A model generated the notes under the pieces. That model was not told the DNA's origin and did no database searches. It saw only the letters and a list, made by a program, of their open reading frames with translations. The translations under genes and the position numbers were made by a program. A stretch of DNA of 64,000 nt from Zootoca vivipara (lineage: Eukaryota): NCBI RefSeq assembly GCF_963506605.1, contig NC_083281.1, positions 81,220,001-81,284,000 of the forward strand. Direction: 5' to 3'. Below, piece after piece: positions 12,289 through 23,490 of the stretch. Position 1 is the stretch's first letter, and every line of letters starts with the position of its first letter.

Positions 12289-15200
12289 AAAAGTGACCAG
12301 TTGGTAAATGTTGGCTTATAGTTTGGAGAGGAGCCTGGATGTGACCTGCATCAACCAGCAGCTTCCAGTTCTCTGCACATTTGGGCTGGCTCTTTGACAT
12401 CAGTTTCTGTCGCCAGAAGATCTCCCTCCCTGTGTTCTTCCAAGCAGTTTCCTAGAAAAAAAGGACACTGGGTCAAAGGCTGGCAGCTTGCTGAAAATAA
12501 CACCCTGGAAGAATCTTTTGAAAAGTACATACCAAGTTTATCCACTGGGTGATCAGCTGTGTGCTCAGTAGCCCTGAGAGGATCAGAATGTGAGGAAACA
12601 AAAGAAAACAAAACAAAAACCCTCCATCGTTTCCCAAGCTAAAGCTTCCATTTCCTCCTGCTTCTTGCCACTCTGCTTATTGAATGGCAGGAAGTTTTGG
12701 GAGGAAGGCAACTTTTGCCCGGAGAACAACACTGATAGGCCTGCCATACGTCCAGGAAAACCCGGACATGTCCTCTTTTGAGGGGCCAACATGCCCACCT
12801 GGGCAGATTTTTACATTTTAAAGGAAATGTCTGGGTTTGGGGGTTCAGGCTGCTCTGCACACTGTGGTGGCTGCCAGCCCGAGCTGGGAAAAGAGGCGCC
12901 TCTTTTCCTGGCTTGGACTGGCTGCTGTCCGAGCTGTCCCCAAAGGGGACTAGGCCAGAATCTCAAAAGATGCCCCAGAAGATGCTCTAAATTTCAGTGC
13001 ACAGCTGGATCACACGTGGGATAACCACGCACAGTTTCTAACGCAGGGGTCAGTTTTGGTTCAATTCAGATTTCAGCGCAAACCTACCTAACTCATACCA
13101 CCCAACAGACAAGCCAGAACACAGCTCTCCTTTGAAATCTGCACACACACACACCCCAAATTTTATACTCTAATTTTATTGGCTTCTTTTATCCCATTTA
13201 TATCCCTCCAAGGTGCTCAAGGTGGCACGCACACTTCTACCCCGCCCCTCGGTTTATCCTCACAACAGCCCTGTGAGGTAGGTCAGCCGAAATACAGTGA
13301 TTGCTCCCTGGTCTCCAGGGTTTTAGTCTGACACGCTTAACCACTACACCACACAAGCAGAGGCCCCTGTCTGTCCACTAATGGAAATACTGGTATAGTT
13401 GACCTTTGACCCGATCCAGTGGTGTGGGCCGTGTACCTTACCGCACATGTGATGTGACAGCTCGCTCATATACACCATCAAGAAGACCAAGGGGTGATCT
13501 GATCTTCTGACCCAATTCACACTTTGCAGAGCAAAATGCAAACCGAAGCACAGCTATCCTTCGACGTTCCCAAATTTCCCTGAGCTTTCTGCTGCAGTTT
13601 GGCAACCAAATGATGTGAACAAAAATGTGTAAAAAAATTTGGGGGGTGTGTGTGCGTGTGTGTGAAAATGCACACATTTGTGAAGATGATATATAAAAAT
13701 GAATTGTATTCAGGAAACCGGCTTACAAAAATGCGTGCGTCAAGCAAAATGGCAAAAAAGGCAATAAAAGAAAAGAAGTCCTGGCCACAGCAATCAGGGC
13801 TCCAAATGAATCCCAAATGAATTTATGATTTGTACCAAATGGGGAGAGAGAGAGAGAGAGAGAGAGGAAGAGGGAGAGAGGGAGAGGAGAGAGGGAGAGA
13901 AACTTGTCCTCTTAAGTGGTAGTAAAAATAAAGGTACAGGGTACTATTTGTTTCAATCCCCCCCCCTTTCATTCTAGACTAGAGCAAATGCACACCCATA
14001 ATTATCTTTTAAATGTTCACTAAACATCTGGCCAGAAATACAGGAATGTCCTTAAGGGTGTACGTGCAGCAAGACAGATCCTGAAACTGATTTTTTCTTT
14101 CTTTCTTTGTCTACATCCTGGTATATTCCATGCATTTGTCGTCCCCCCCCCCTTTGTACCGGTAGTATCCTTTGTTTTTAATACATCTTGTGCACTGCCA
14201 ATTGATGTGTGACTGCCGATGTGCGGGTCCTTTTGGACCAGGAAGAGGGCAGAACGGGGGCGGAAGGGGGCAGCGCAGAATCAGGGCGTAATGGGGCAGG
14301 GTGGGGTGAGCTTATGCATGCTCCACCGATGCAGATGGGGGCCAGGAACAGAGCCCCCCTGCAAAATAGCCACCTTGTAATTATTTGGAAATCTGCAGCC
14401 AACATATTTACATTGTATCACTCCCTCTATTTCCGATGTTCAGCGCTGAGTGCCGTTGCTTATGTACCACCCACATACAAGGGTAAAGCATCAGTGCAAT
14501 TGCAGGGACCCCTAAGTCAGGGGTGGGGGGCAGTATAGGGAAGTTTTTCAATGTTTGATGTTTTAGAATCTGATGGAAGCCGCCCAGAGTGGCTGGAGCG
14601 ATCCAGTCAGATGGGTGGGGTACGAATAAAAAAAATATTATTATTAGCCACATTCCCCTCTGGGCAATCTTTCAAGGGCCACATGCCAGAGGTGGGAGGG
14701 GCCAGAGACAAAAGTGGGTGGAGCAGCACAGCTAAAGGTTACCTCTGTACTTCAGACTTGTTTCTACACACACGAACACAACACTTTTTATTCTCCAACC
14801 AGGCAAGCAAGCAAGAGGCATTATCTACACACACCAGCTGGACATCAATACAGACGTACCTTGGAAGTCAAATGGAATCAGGAACCCAGGCACAGCTTCC
14901 GATTGGCTTCAGGGAGTTCCTGCAGCCAATCAGAAACCATGCAAGTTGCGTTGGACGTTTGGGTTCCAAATAACGTTCAAAAACTGGAACAATCACTTCT
15001 GGTTTTCAATCGTTCAGAAGCCAAAATGTTTGACTCCCAAGGCGTTTGAAAAGCAAGGTACGACTGTATTTGCAGTGTGAAGCAGGAACTGTGAGGGGTG
15101 TGGCCTCTGAGGAGCGTCCCAAGGGCCAGACAGAGAAGTCTGAGGGGCTGCATTTGCTCTCTGTGCCTGAGGTTCTCCAACCCAGCACTAAGGAAAAGGT

Positions 15201-15939
15201 GGTTAACCTGTGACCCTCCTGATGCTGCTAAAACGACAACGCCCATTGGCCGCAGACAGCAACTTCAAGGGAGAGCGGTGTTTTAGTTCAGCAACATCTG
15301 GAGGGCCACAACTTAGCTGCTCCAGCCCCAGGGGGAGGAGCAGCCCCCAAATACCTCAGTGAGTCTGAGCAAGCTCAGTGAGCACCTAATGCTATCCAAC
15401 AATTGGAGGAAAAGCTGAAAACAGAATGGAATGGAGTATTCAGAAAGGGAGATGGAATGGAGTATCCTGAAAGGGGCATGGCTGGTAGTCTTGAACCCTG
15501 AACAGGAGCATTCTAATGTGCCACAACACCTTGTTGCCATTCCCACTTGTAAAATGCGTAAAAATGCTTGCTGTTTTCTTTTTTAAAATGTAATGGAAGA
15601 AACGTTTAGAAAATTGTTGGGCCAATAAGCCTTTAGAGAAAGCACATTAAAGACACAGGGCTTCCCTCAAAGGTTGCTGGGAGCTGTAGTTTGAGGGAGC
15701 TGGGAGTGGTAGCTCTGTGCTATTTTTCTAGAAAAAGAGGTGCCAGAACTCGCCTCGTTCTCTTAGAATATGGAAAAAAACAAGCCCTAGTTTGCAGGAT
15801 TCTTTGGACGAAGCCATGTGCCTTAAATGTGCGGAAGTCAGCGCTCCCTGCCTCTTTTCTTGTCTCCCTGTTAACGCTGATTTCGCTGAAGAGAAAGGGT
15901 AATCAGCTCATCCTTGGTATCTATGTCTGTCTTCTACAG

Positions 15940-16046
15940 GAGATGCCACCTATCTCGACATCTTCCGCGAGTTTTCTCACATGGCATCTAACAACCCGGA
16001 AAAACTCAACCGCCGCAGCCTGTACTTCAGCCACTCCTACAGATAG
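15940..16046 (+). CDS. ACAP3: Terminal coding exon of an ACAP (centaurin-beta Arf-GAP) gene, most likely ACAP3: (G)DATYLDIFREFSHMASNNPEKLNRRSLYFSHSYR*
   Basis: Acceptor tgtctgtcttctacag|. The peptide matches the recalled C-termini of ACAP1 (GDETYLDIFRDFSLMASDDPEKL) and ACAP2 (GDETYQDIFRDFSQMASNNPEKLNR). ACAP3 is the tail-to-tail neighbour of SCNN1D in human. The upstream exons lie outside the window. Confidence 0.8.
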
Positions 16047-17273
16047 CCCTCAAAACCACCACGGACACCATCTGAGAACGCTGGTTCCTTCCAACTCCAG
16101 AGGGAGAGTCGAGATTACGTGCCGCGGATGAAGCCGAAGGGACAGGGGCGTCCGGTGGCTGAATCGGGTCCATCCAGAACGGGAGCAGTTCGACCCAATG
16201 TCTCTGGTCACCCCACACAGCTTTGCGTTGATCGCAACATCTCCCCATGGTCACCATCCCACTACCAAATGGCTTTCCCCCTACATCCCCTTCCCCCAAA
16301 AAAACTTCCAAAGAGGATATCACAGCCTAAGAGTAACCAGCCCATGTTTACAGCCTGGAATGAAATTGTTTGGATTTCTTTTTAAAGTAGGGATCGAGAA
16401 CTTGTAGATATTTCGGACCTCGCTGAACTCCAGCTCCCATCAGCCAATAAATAGTCAAGGATGATGTGGTGAATTTGCGGCCTTCGCGTTATTGGTGGGT
16501 TGCAACTCCCATCATCCCTGCTTGTGCTGGCTGAGGCTGATGGGAGTTGTAGTCCATCAACATCAGGCAGGCCACGGGTTGCTCACCTATGTCCTGCTTC
16601 TGCCCCGCTATTGCCTTGGAGGTTTGATCTCACTAGCCTTAGGTGTCTTGGCAAACTGGTTTTTACAGCCTTGGGGCAGGATGGAAAGTATCAATTTTGC
16701 TCACTGTGAAAATTAGATCACTCTATAGCATCATTCAGGAGCACTGCGGGGAACTAAAAATGGAGAGTGGGCTTCCTGGCTCACCGCCAACTGCACTCCA
16801 TCAATCCACCAAAGACACCCCCCCCCTCCCGCCCTCAATATACTTCATAAAAGCACAGAATTGTAGAGCTGGAAAGCACCCAAAGGGCCATCTATTCCCA
16901 CCCCTGCCATTACTTGCCATTTTCTGTGATTTCCCTTGCCTTAAGGCCTAAAATAAGTCCCCTGTTCCTGTTTTTAAAGCATGGCTTCTTCTTCTTGCTG
17001 TTGTTATTTCAAAAAATCATGTTCTGTTGTTTTCATAGATAACGGACTTGTCAGAGAGCCTGTACTGGTACAGCCTCTGCCGCCCAAACTGCCTCTTGTT
17101 GAGCGTGTATAGAAATGTGTGTTTATATGCTGGAAATGTAATATATCTCTGGGCAAAAAAGAAACGTATTTTTTAAAAATGCTTGCGGCGGGAGGGAAGG
17201 GGAGTGCATTGCAAGGGAGGGAAGAGGGAAGTCCAAACAGGAAGGACGGATGGACCTTATTTACAAGATTATA

Positions 17274-17279
17274 AATAAA
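17274..17279 (+). terminator. Candidate ACAP3 polyadenylation signal (AATAAA)
   Basis: AATAAA at the end of a UTR-like tract about 1.2 kb after the stop. Confidence 0.4.
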
Positions 17280-17776
17280 GACAGGCGACATTTTTCTCCC
17301 GGGACATTAGGCATGACTTCCTTGTCAGCTTCTCGGATCTAGGCCTCTTTGAACAGGTGAGAAAATTATGTCATGGGCCTTGCTATAAAGTGATATTTAT
17401 TGGGTACACGTTTATAGCTTTGGGGCCAGCTGCCAAATCAGATATAGTACAGTAGTTGGTTCCTGAGAAACGGCAAAGCAGAGCCGAGGTATTTATATGC
17501 AGAGAAAGAAATAGGCACACAGTCTGCAGTAGGATCAGGCGGAGACTTATCGGACCTCCAGTTGGCTGTGTCACTGTGGCTTTCTGGGAGGTAGAGAGGG
17601 AGGCATGAGGGGGGCCACCAATTGACCCAATCTGGTCCTCCCACTAGTGCAACTGCACCAACATCGCAGCTGCGACATCGCACTCCAACATTGCAGTTAC
17701 GACTGTGCCGCTCCCCCCAAATAATCAGCCATGACTCTGCTGCTCAGAAGTCAGGGGAACATTGCTGCCCAACCAT

Positions 17777-18123
17777 CATAGCTGCCAAGTCTCCCACTGA
17801 AAAATGCAGGCTCAGCAATGGCACGGCACTGGAAGTTGTTTCTACGCATGTCCAGATATGCGTAGAAGCAACTTCTGGTGCCGCTCTGCCCGATTTTCGG
17901 TGCCCAAGCATGGACGGAGCAGCACCGGAAGTTGTGACTTCCGGTGCCGCGCTATTCATGTTTGGGCACCGGAAATTGGGCGGCGCCGGCACCCAAACTG
18001 GAGTCTCCCCTGCAGATAGGAAATCCGGGGGATTTACGGGATTTTTTCCAATCCGGGCTGCCAGCGGGAAACGGTTTAAAATAAGCGGGTTTCCAGTGGA
18101 AAACGGGAGACTTGGCAGCTATG
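17777..18123. mobile_element. hAT MITE, CATAGCTGCCAAG-TIR family, 347 bp
   Basis: TSD ccMaccat; homologous to 2502-2909. Confidence 0.85.
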
Positions 18124-18471
18124 CCCACCATGCTGCCTGCGCAGAAGGTCCCAGGTTCAATCCCCGACATCTCCTGGTAGGGTTGGGAATGAAAAGCCCT
18201 TCAAAAACAAAAATCCACCAAACTCCACCACAATTGTTCGCTCCAAACCTCAACTCTCCACAGGCCTCAAATGTCATTGCAAAAGCTTTCATGGTTGCGC
18301 TTGCAAAGGCTCATGGGATTGCTAGACGCTATTTTTGCACCATTTTTGCCATTTGTGTACTCTTTTAGGGCCGTTTCCCTCCCTTTTTGTGCCACATCTG
18401 GGTTCACTGTGCTGCTCATGCACACGGTTGCGAGTCCACACAAGCAAACAACATGGAGATACCGATAATAT

Positions 18472-18477
18472 TTTATT
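18472..18477 (-). terminator. Candidate PLA2 polyadenylation signal (AATAAA)
   Basis: First canonical tttatt I found downstream of the stop, about 830 nt away. Confidence 0.35.
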
Positions 18478-18744
18478 TGACTCAAATGCATATTATTACT
18501 ATTGCAGTTTCGAAAGGGTTTTATGACATCCAGTCAGGAAAATGGTCTGTGTTTCCACTTGGTAGGTAAATTCTTGCGGGGGAAAGCAGACCAGGGATGC
18601 AGTTCTAGTGCAAAAAGAAGAGCACCCTAAGATATGAGGCACAATCTCCATCAGGATTAAGCACCCGGGCTATGAGACAAGTCAAGCAAAATAGAGAACA
18701 AAAACAGCCTGGCGGTAGTCTCTTCAATGGAGTACAGAGGGAGA

Positions 18745-18980
18745 TATTGTATCCAATGCTGGTCCTACTCAGAGCAGACCTATTGAAAACAATGTATATA
18801 GCTAATTTAGGTTTGCTAATTTCTGTGGGTCTACTCCAAATACAACCCAACAGATTTACCTTAGGTTGTGCCCAATGTCTGCCCTACTCAGAGTAGACCC
18901 ACTGAAGTTTACTGGGCATGACTAACCAAGATCCATTAATTTCAGTGGGTCTGCTCTGAGTAGGGCTTAGATACAACCCA
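18745..18980. repeat. Two adjacent palindromic repeats of about 115 bp (ctactcagagtagaccc...gggtctactctgagta); other copies near 9095-9400, 29520-29635, 37200-37290, 39940-40030, 50420-50500
   Basis: Self-complementary arms. Confidence 0.65.
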
Positions 18981-19185
18981 CGAACCTTTGCTTCAACTAA
19001 AATAGAGGGAACATAAACTGCAACTTAATTTTCTACATGCTTCTGTTGCTTTCAATTAACCTAACACAATGCTAAGAACCCCAAAATAATAATATAGGCT
19101 GAGCCAACCCTTTATAATAACCAGGTGGGCCAGGCTCCCCCTTGAATCTAACCCCCTACATGCCGCTGAGAGGGATATCCTCCGG

Positions 19186-19275
19186 CATAGCTGCCAAGTT
19201 TTCCCTTTTCTCACGAGGAAGCCTATTCAGCATAAGGGAAAATCCCTTAAAAAAAGGGATAACTTGGCAGCTATG
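19186..19275. mobile_element. 90-bp hAT MITE in the PLA2 3' UTR
   Basis: Perfect TSD tcctccgg; near-identical inverted copy of 9184-9273. Confidence 0.9.
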
Positions 19276-19308
19276 TCCTCCGGTTCTGCTTCCCGTTAAA
19301 AATGCGGC

Positions 19309-19454
19309 TCAACAAAATGGCCGCTGTGCCCTGCAGTTGCCCGCTGGGTGATTCTTGAACTGGAGGTTATAGGCAAAGAGATGCTTCCGGAAGCAGCTGG
19401 CCGCTTTTTGGTCACATTCGCATACGAGCTTCTCGCACCGGTCCCGAGACTTGA
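19309..19454 (-). CDS. PLA2 exon 4 (Asp99 helix, C-terminal Cys extension)
   Basis: ctgcag|TC AAG...TTT TGT TGA, 146 nt. Confidence 0.93.
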
Positions 19455-20749
19455 CTGCAGAGAGAGGAGAAAGGTGGTACCTCAGCATCGTTTTCCGCAA
19501 AGAGGGGTGCTCTGAGCCAGGGGAACGGAAATAGAAAATATTTGAACCAGCTCTTCTGGCTTGATGCTGGACCAACTCACCACATTTAATTTTATCCCTC
19601 TGGGCGTAGAACCTGTATGAGTGGGTGCTTGGGCTGCAACCGAACATCTCGGCCTTGTTGTAGCAGCAGTCGTGGCTGTGGCAGCACCTGGGTGTGACGT
19701 GAAAACGAAAGAGCAAGGAATTGCTATGAATCGGGCCCATTCTGACGCCATCTTAGTTTTTTCAGAACTCAACATCCTGGGACTTCTTTTGTTCTGGAGC
19801 ACTGTGGATTGTTGTTGTTGTTAAAGTGCATCTGATATTTAAAAATGGTAACTGCCGTGTATTTTATTTTTTTAATTTTTTTGCCCACAATGGGCTTAGT
19901 TTGGAAAAACTAAGATGGCGGCCACAACCATGGTCTCCGGCGGCCCATGATATTTCCCCAGTATCACACAGCATGTTTATGATGACAGCACATTCAAGCA
20001 GGAGTCTCCCTCAGCCCTACCTGAAGATGCCGGGGATCGATCCTGGCACCTTCTGCATGCAAAGCAGATGCTCTACCACTGAAAGTGTCTGTGGTAAAGA
20101 CCTGCTGGGACTGGTTCATATCATAATGCAGGTGGAGGCAGTTTATTTGAATTATCCTCCTCATGAAACAAGCTCCTTGTCTGTAGAAAGCAAGCATCTC
20201 AGAGAGGCTAAGCAAGACACTTCCTCCCAGATATGTTAGTTTGGTGCATGCAAGGATTTCTTTGTATGGGAAAGACACTCAAATATGGAGGTCCCCCATC
20301 CCTGTTCTTGAGACTCCCGTGACTTGTAAAACCCCTGAACTGTAAGAGAATGATGACAGCCCAAGAGGTGAGCAATGACTGGCAATCTCAGGTGAGCCTC
20401 ACCTGTCGATGGCGTCCACGGGGAAGCCTTGAGTCCCTGCCCCACAGTGGCAGCCGTAGTTGGTGAAGTTGGCCAGGCTGTAGGTGACGGTGCTCATCTG
20501 AATCATCTCATTAAACTGGGAGGCAAGGCCGGTCACCAGAGTGGCTCCTGAAAGAGCAACAGGGTCTTGTTTGGAGGGAAGAGCAAAGAGACAGGGAGCA
20601 GGGGGCACGGATCGAAAAAAGGCAAGGGAGTTGATGTGGGATACCTTTCCCCCTGCTGCCACCTTCCCTCAGAGGTAAACCATTCTCAGCCACTTGTTGG
20701 CAGTAGGTAGGGCCAAAGCCACCTCCTTTTCCTCCCTTTGCCACCCCTT

Positions 20750-20833
<84 letters not shown>

Positions 20834-21419
20834 AGTCCTAAGGCTGCTGCTTGCCCAGGCCTGAACTGAGAGTTGAGCCTGTCCATGAAAGAACTGGGAA
20901 TTAGATCAAGCATGCTGTGGCATGAGCAGTCAAAGCGTTTGGACTGGTGAGCCTGCCTGGAGGCCAGAAGTAACCTAGTGGCAAAAGAAGATGGCTTTAA
21001 ACTCCTGCCTAGGGGTATTAGCCATGAACACCCAGATTCAGTGGCAGTATATCCCTGAATACCAATTGCCAGATTTTTTTCCCCTTCTTCCTCTTCCCAC
21101 ATTTGGCAGCAAAATGCACTGCCCTCAAGCTGGTTTCTTGATGGCAATGCCATAGGATGATGTTGCATCGCCATGAAGCCAAATCAGAGTGAGGCCACTC
21201 TGAGGGCTTGTTGGGGTGTGTGCGTGTGCTTGCCATCAGTTGCCACCATCCCAAGGGACCACAGTGGAAGCAAAGAGACCCCATCCCAGAGACCCCTCTT
21301 TCGAAGAACAACAACAACAGTTCTGGAAAGAACTCTCAGCTCTACTGAGGACAGAACTATAGCACAAAAGTAGGCTTACCGCAAGCCAGAACCAGTAGGA
21401 AGATTGTAACGTTCTGCAT
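19309..21419 (-). CDS. Secreted phospholipase A2, otoconin-22-like with group II-type architecture, 145 aa: join of 21380-21419, 20403-20547, 19581-19687, 19309-19454
   Basis: Exons of 40/145/107/146 nt, all GT-AG, 438 nt in total. Signal peptide MQNVTIFLLVLACGATLVTG; mature LASQFNEMI...YGCHCGAGTQG...CCHSHDCCY...CECDQKAASCF...CRAQRPFC with 14 Cys. It closely resembles Xenopus otoconin-22 as recalled (ANF-YGCHCG, CCYNKAEM-GC, YRFY, C-terminal RPFC). Confidence 0.93.
19581..19687 (-). CDS. PLA2 exon 3 (His-Asp active site)
   Basis: cccag|G TGC TGC CAC AGC CAC GAC...TGT G|gtgagt, 107 nt. Confidence 0.93.
20403..20547 (-). CDS. PLA2 exon 2 (N-terminal helix, Ca2+-binding loop)
   Basis: tttcag|GAGCC...GACAG|gtgagg, 145 nt. 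Confidence 0.93.
20755..20831. repeat. Compound (CT)n(CA)n microsatellite in PLA2 intron 1; other microsatellites at 5944-5986, 24582-24620, 34057-34097, 44310-44378, 55112-55163, 59864-59937, 63194-63229, 63811-63896
   Basis: Direct reading. Confidence 0.95.
21380..21419 (-). CDS. PLA2 exon 1 (signal peptide)
   Basis: ATG CAG AAC...GCT TGC G|gtaagc, 40 nt, hydrophobic; TATA box 74 nt upstream. Confidence 0.88.
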
Positions 21420-21492
21420 GGGTGCAGCTGAATGGAAGCAGGCCAGCTGACAAAAGAAGGGCTCTGTGCAATCGCTTGGGTGTCTGTGTCAG

Positions 21493-21500
21493 TTTATATA
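21493..21500 (-). promoter_or_regulatory. TATA box (TATATAAA) of the PLA2 gene
   Basis: tttatata on the + strand, 74 nt upstream of the ATG. Confidence 0.65.
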
Positions 21501-21728
21501 AGCAAGCCCAACCAGATATTTTGGGACAAATGATGTCCCCATCACCACCGCCCCCAGTCCTGGCTCATAATAATTATACTCGAGGACAGAAGCAAAACAA
21601 GGCTAGGGACCATAATTATCTAAGAAGGGGGATTAACAACATCAGGATATATATATAAGCGGTGGCAATCTGAGGCTACAGCCATACTATACATTTAAAT
21701 TGCTATGATACCACTTTAAGCTCCCATA

Positions 21729-22074
21729 AGGTAAAGGTAAAGGGAACCCTTGACCGTTAGGTCCAGTCGCGGACGACTCTGGGGTTGCAGCGCTCATCTC
21801 ACTTTACTGGCCGAGGGAGCTGGCGTACTGTTTCCGGTCATGTGGCCATCATGACTAAGCCGCTTCTGGCGAACCAGAGCAGCGCACGGAAACGCCGTTC
21901 ACCTTCCCGCTGTAGCGGTACCTATTTATCTCCTTGCACTTTGACGTGCTTTCAAACTGCTAGGTTGGCAGGAACAGGGACCGTGCAATGGGAGCTCACC
22001 GCATCGTGGGGATTCGAACCGCCGACCTTCTGATCGACAACCGGTGGTTTAGACCACAGCGCCTCCCGTGTCCC
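21729..22074 (-). mobile_element. Sauria SINE, near full length
   Basis: GGGACRCGGG 5' end, (ACCTTT)n tail, TSD about ttaagcWcccata; sits about 230 bp upstream of the PLA2 TATA box. Confidence 0.9.
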
Positions 22075-23255
22075 ATTAAGCACCCATAGCTTGCCACAAA
22101 GAATCATGGCACCTATAGCTTGTTAAGGGCACTGAGAGCTGTTAGGAGACACCTCTCGCTATTCCCCTGGCAGAGCTACTATTTCCAGAGGTTCTTTTTT
22201 GTGAAGATAGATTGGTTGTTAAACCACTCTGGGAACTGTGCATAAGAACACCAGAAGAGCCATACTGGATCAAGTCAAAGACCCACCTAACACTTATTTA
22301 TACATCTGTCACATTTATATCTCACCTTTCCCCCCACCCCCAAGGACCTCAAGGCTCTCCCCTTCCTCATTTAAATTCCACAACAACCCTGCAAGGTAGG
22401 CTAGTCTGAGAGGGACAGTGACTGGCCAAAGGCTACCCAGTGGAGAGCTTCAAGGCCCAGTGGGGGATTTGAACCCTGGTCTCCCAGGCCTTGGTCTGAC
22501 ACTCAAACCACGCCCCCACGGCAGCTTTCGGCCCAGTTTTCTTTTCTCACAGCGATAGCACCATGTTGCACTTAAAGAAATAAATAAATGATGGATGCGT
22601 GGCCCAGTACATCACAAGTGCAATATTCCTTCATCGCTGACATGTGGCAGAATACATCCTCAAGATACCCCAGTCTCAAGCAGCTGTGAGCCCAGTTTAA
22701 AGATGAAGTTTCATGAGAGGTTTTGGCATTGCCCATCAGTAGGACCTGGGCAACAGATTGAACAAGTACACAGAATAAATGATCCATAATGAATTGAAAA
22801 AATGTTTAAAAGTACCTTCCTCCAAATAACCCAGAGTCTGATGCCGTGCCGAAATACAGGCCCCACCCCGCCGACGACTCAACCACCACCAAATACATGA
22901 GAGGTGGCCCAGCCACCCCAACACCGACAGTAGTGCCATCAGAGGCACGCTGCGCCGCGCCATCGCCGCCACTGCCCAAATCCCACACAAGGCTCTGAAT
23001 CCACTGCCGCCGGGTCCAGCCGCCACAACTAGAGGCAGTGGGGGCCGCACCACCGCCGCAGCCGCCTTGATAGCCACGCAAGGCCCCGCATACATGAAGC
23101 AAACTGTATGTTTGCTTAGGGGGCCAAGGTATGGAGATACAGGGGGGAGGGGCCAACACTCCTGGGGACAACAGAGGGAAGGGTATCCTACCGTCCTTCA
23201 CTGGGGTACAGGGGCCCTAACTGAGCCACAGCAACGCGTGGCCGGGTCCCTCTAG

Positions 23256-23490
23256 TATAGAATAAGAGAACAAGAAGAATATACGTTTAGAGAAGATTGG
23301 AAAACATTTATTGAACAGATGGGGGGAAGTTGTGTACACTTGAAAACGCTGGTAGCATTAAGATAAATTCAACAGTGTAAATAAGTTTTGATGGATGTAA
23401 TAATGGAATACTGAATGGTTTAGTTTATGTATAGTATGCAGGGATTTGTGGTATGAACCATGGAAAGAGAAGAAGGGAAGTCATTGATGT
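23256..23490 (+). mobile_element. L1-like LINE 3' fragment
   Basis: RIREQEEYTFREDWKTFIE-type ORF2 end followed by an AT-rich UTR. Confidence 0.5.

Noticed and set aside
17622-18368. 248-aa ORF, the longest in the track
   Set aside because: It runs through a GC-rich MITE and a SINE and has no protein-like homology
19309-21419. Calling the PLA2 a venom toxin, PLA2G1B or OC90
   Set aside because: It has a single domain, no Cys11, no propeptide or pancreatic loop, and is a single copy with no PLA2 cluster in the window
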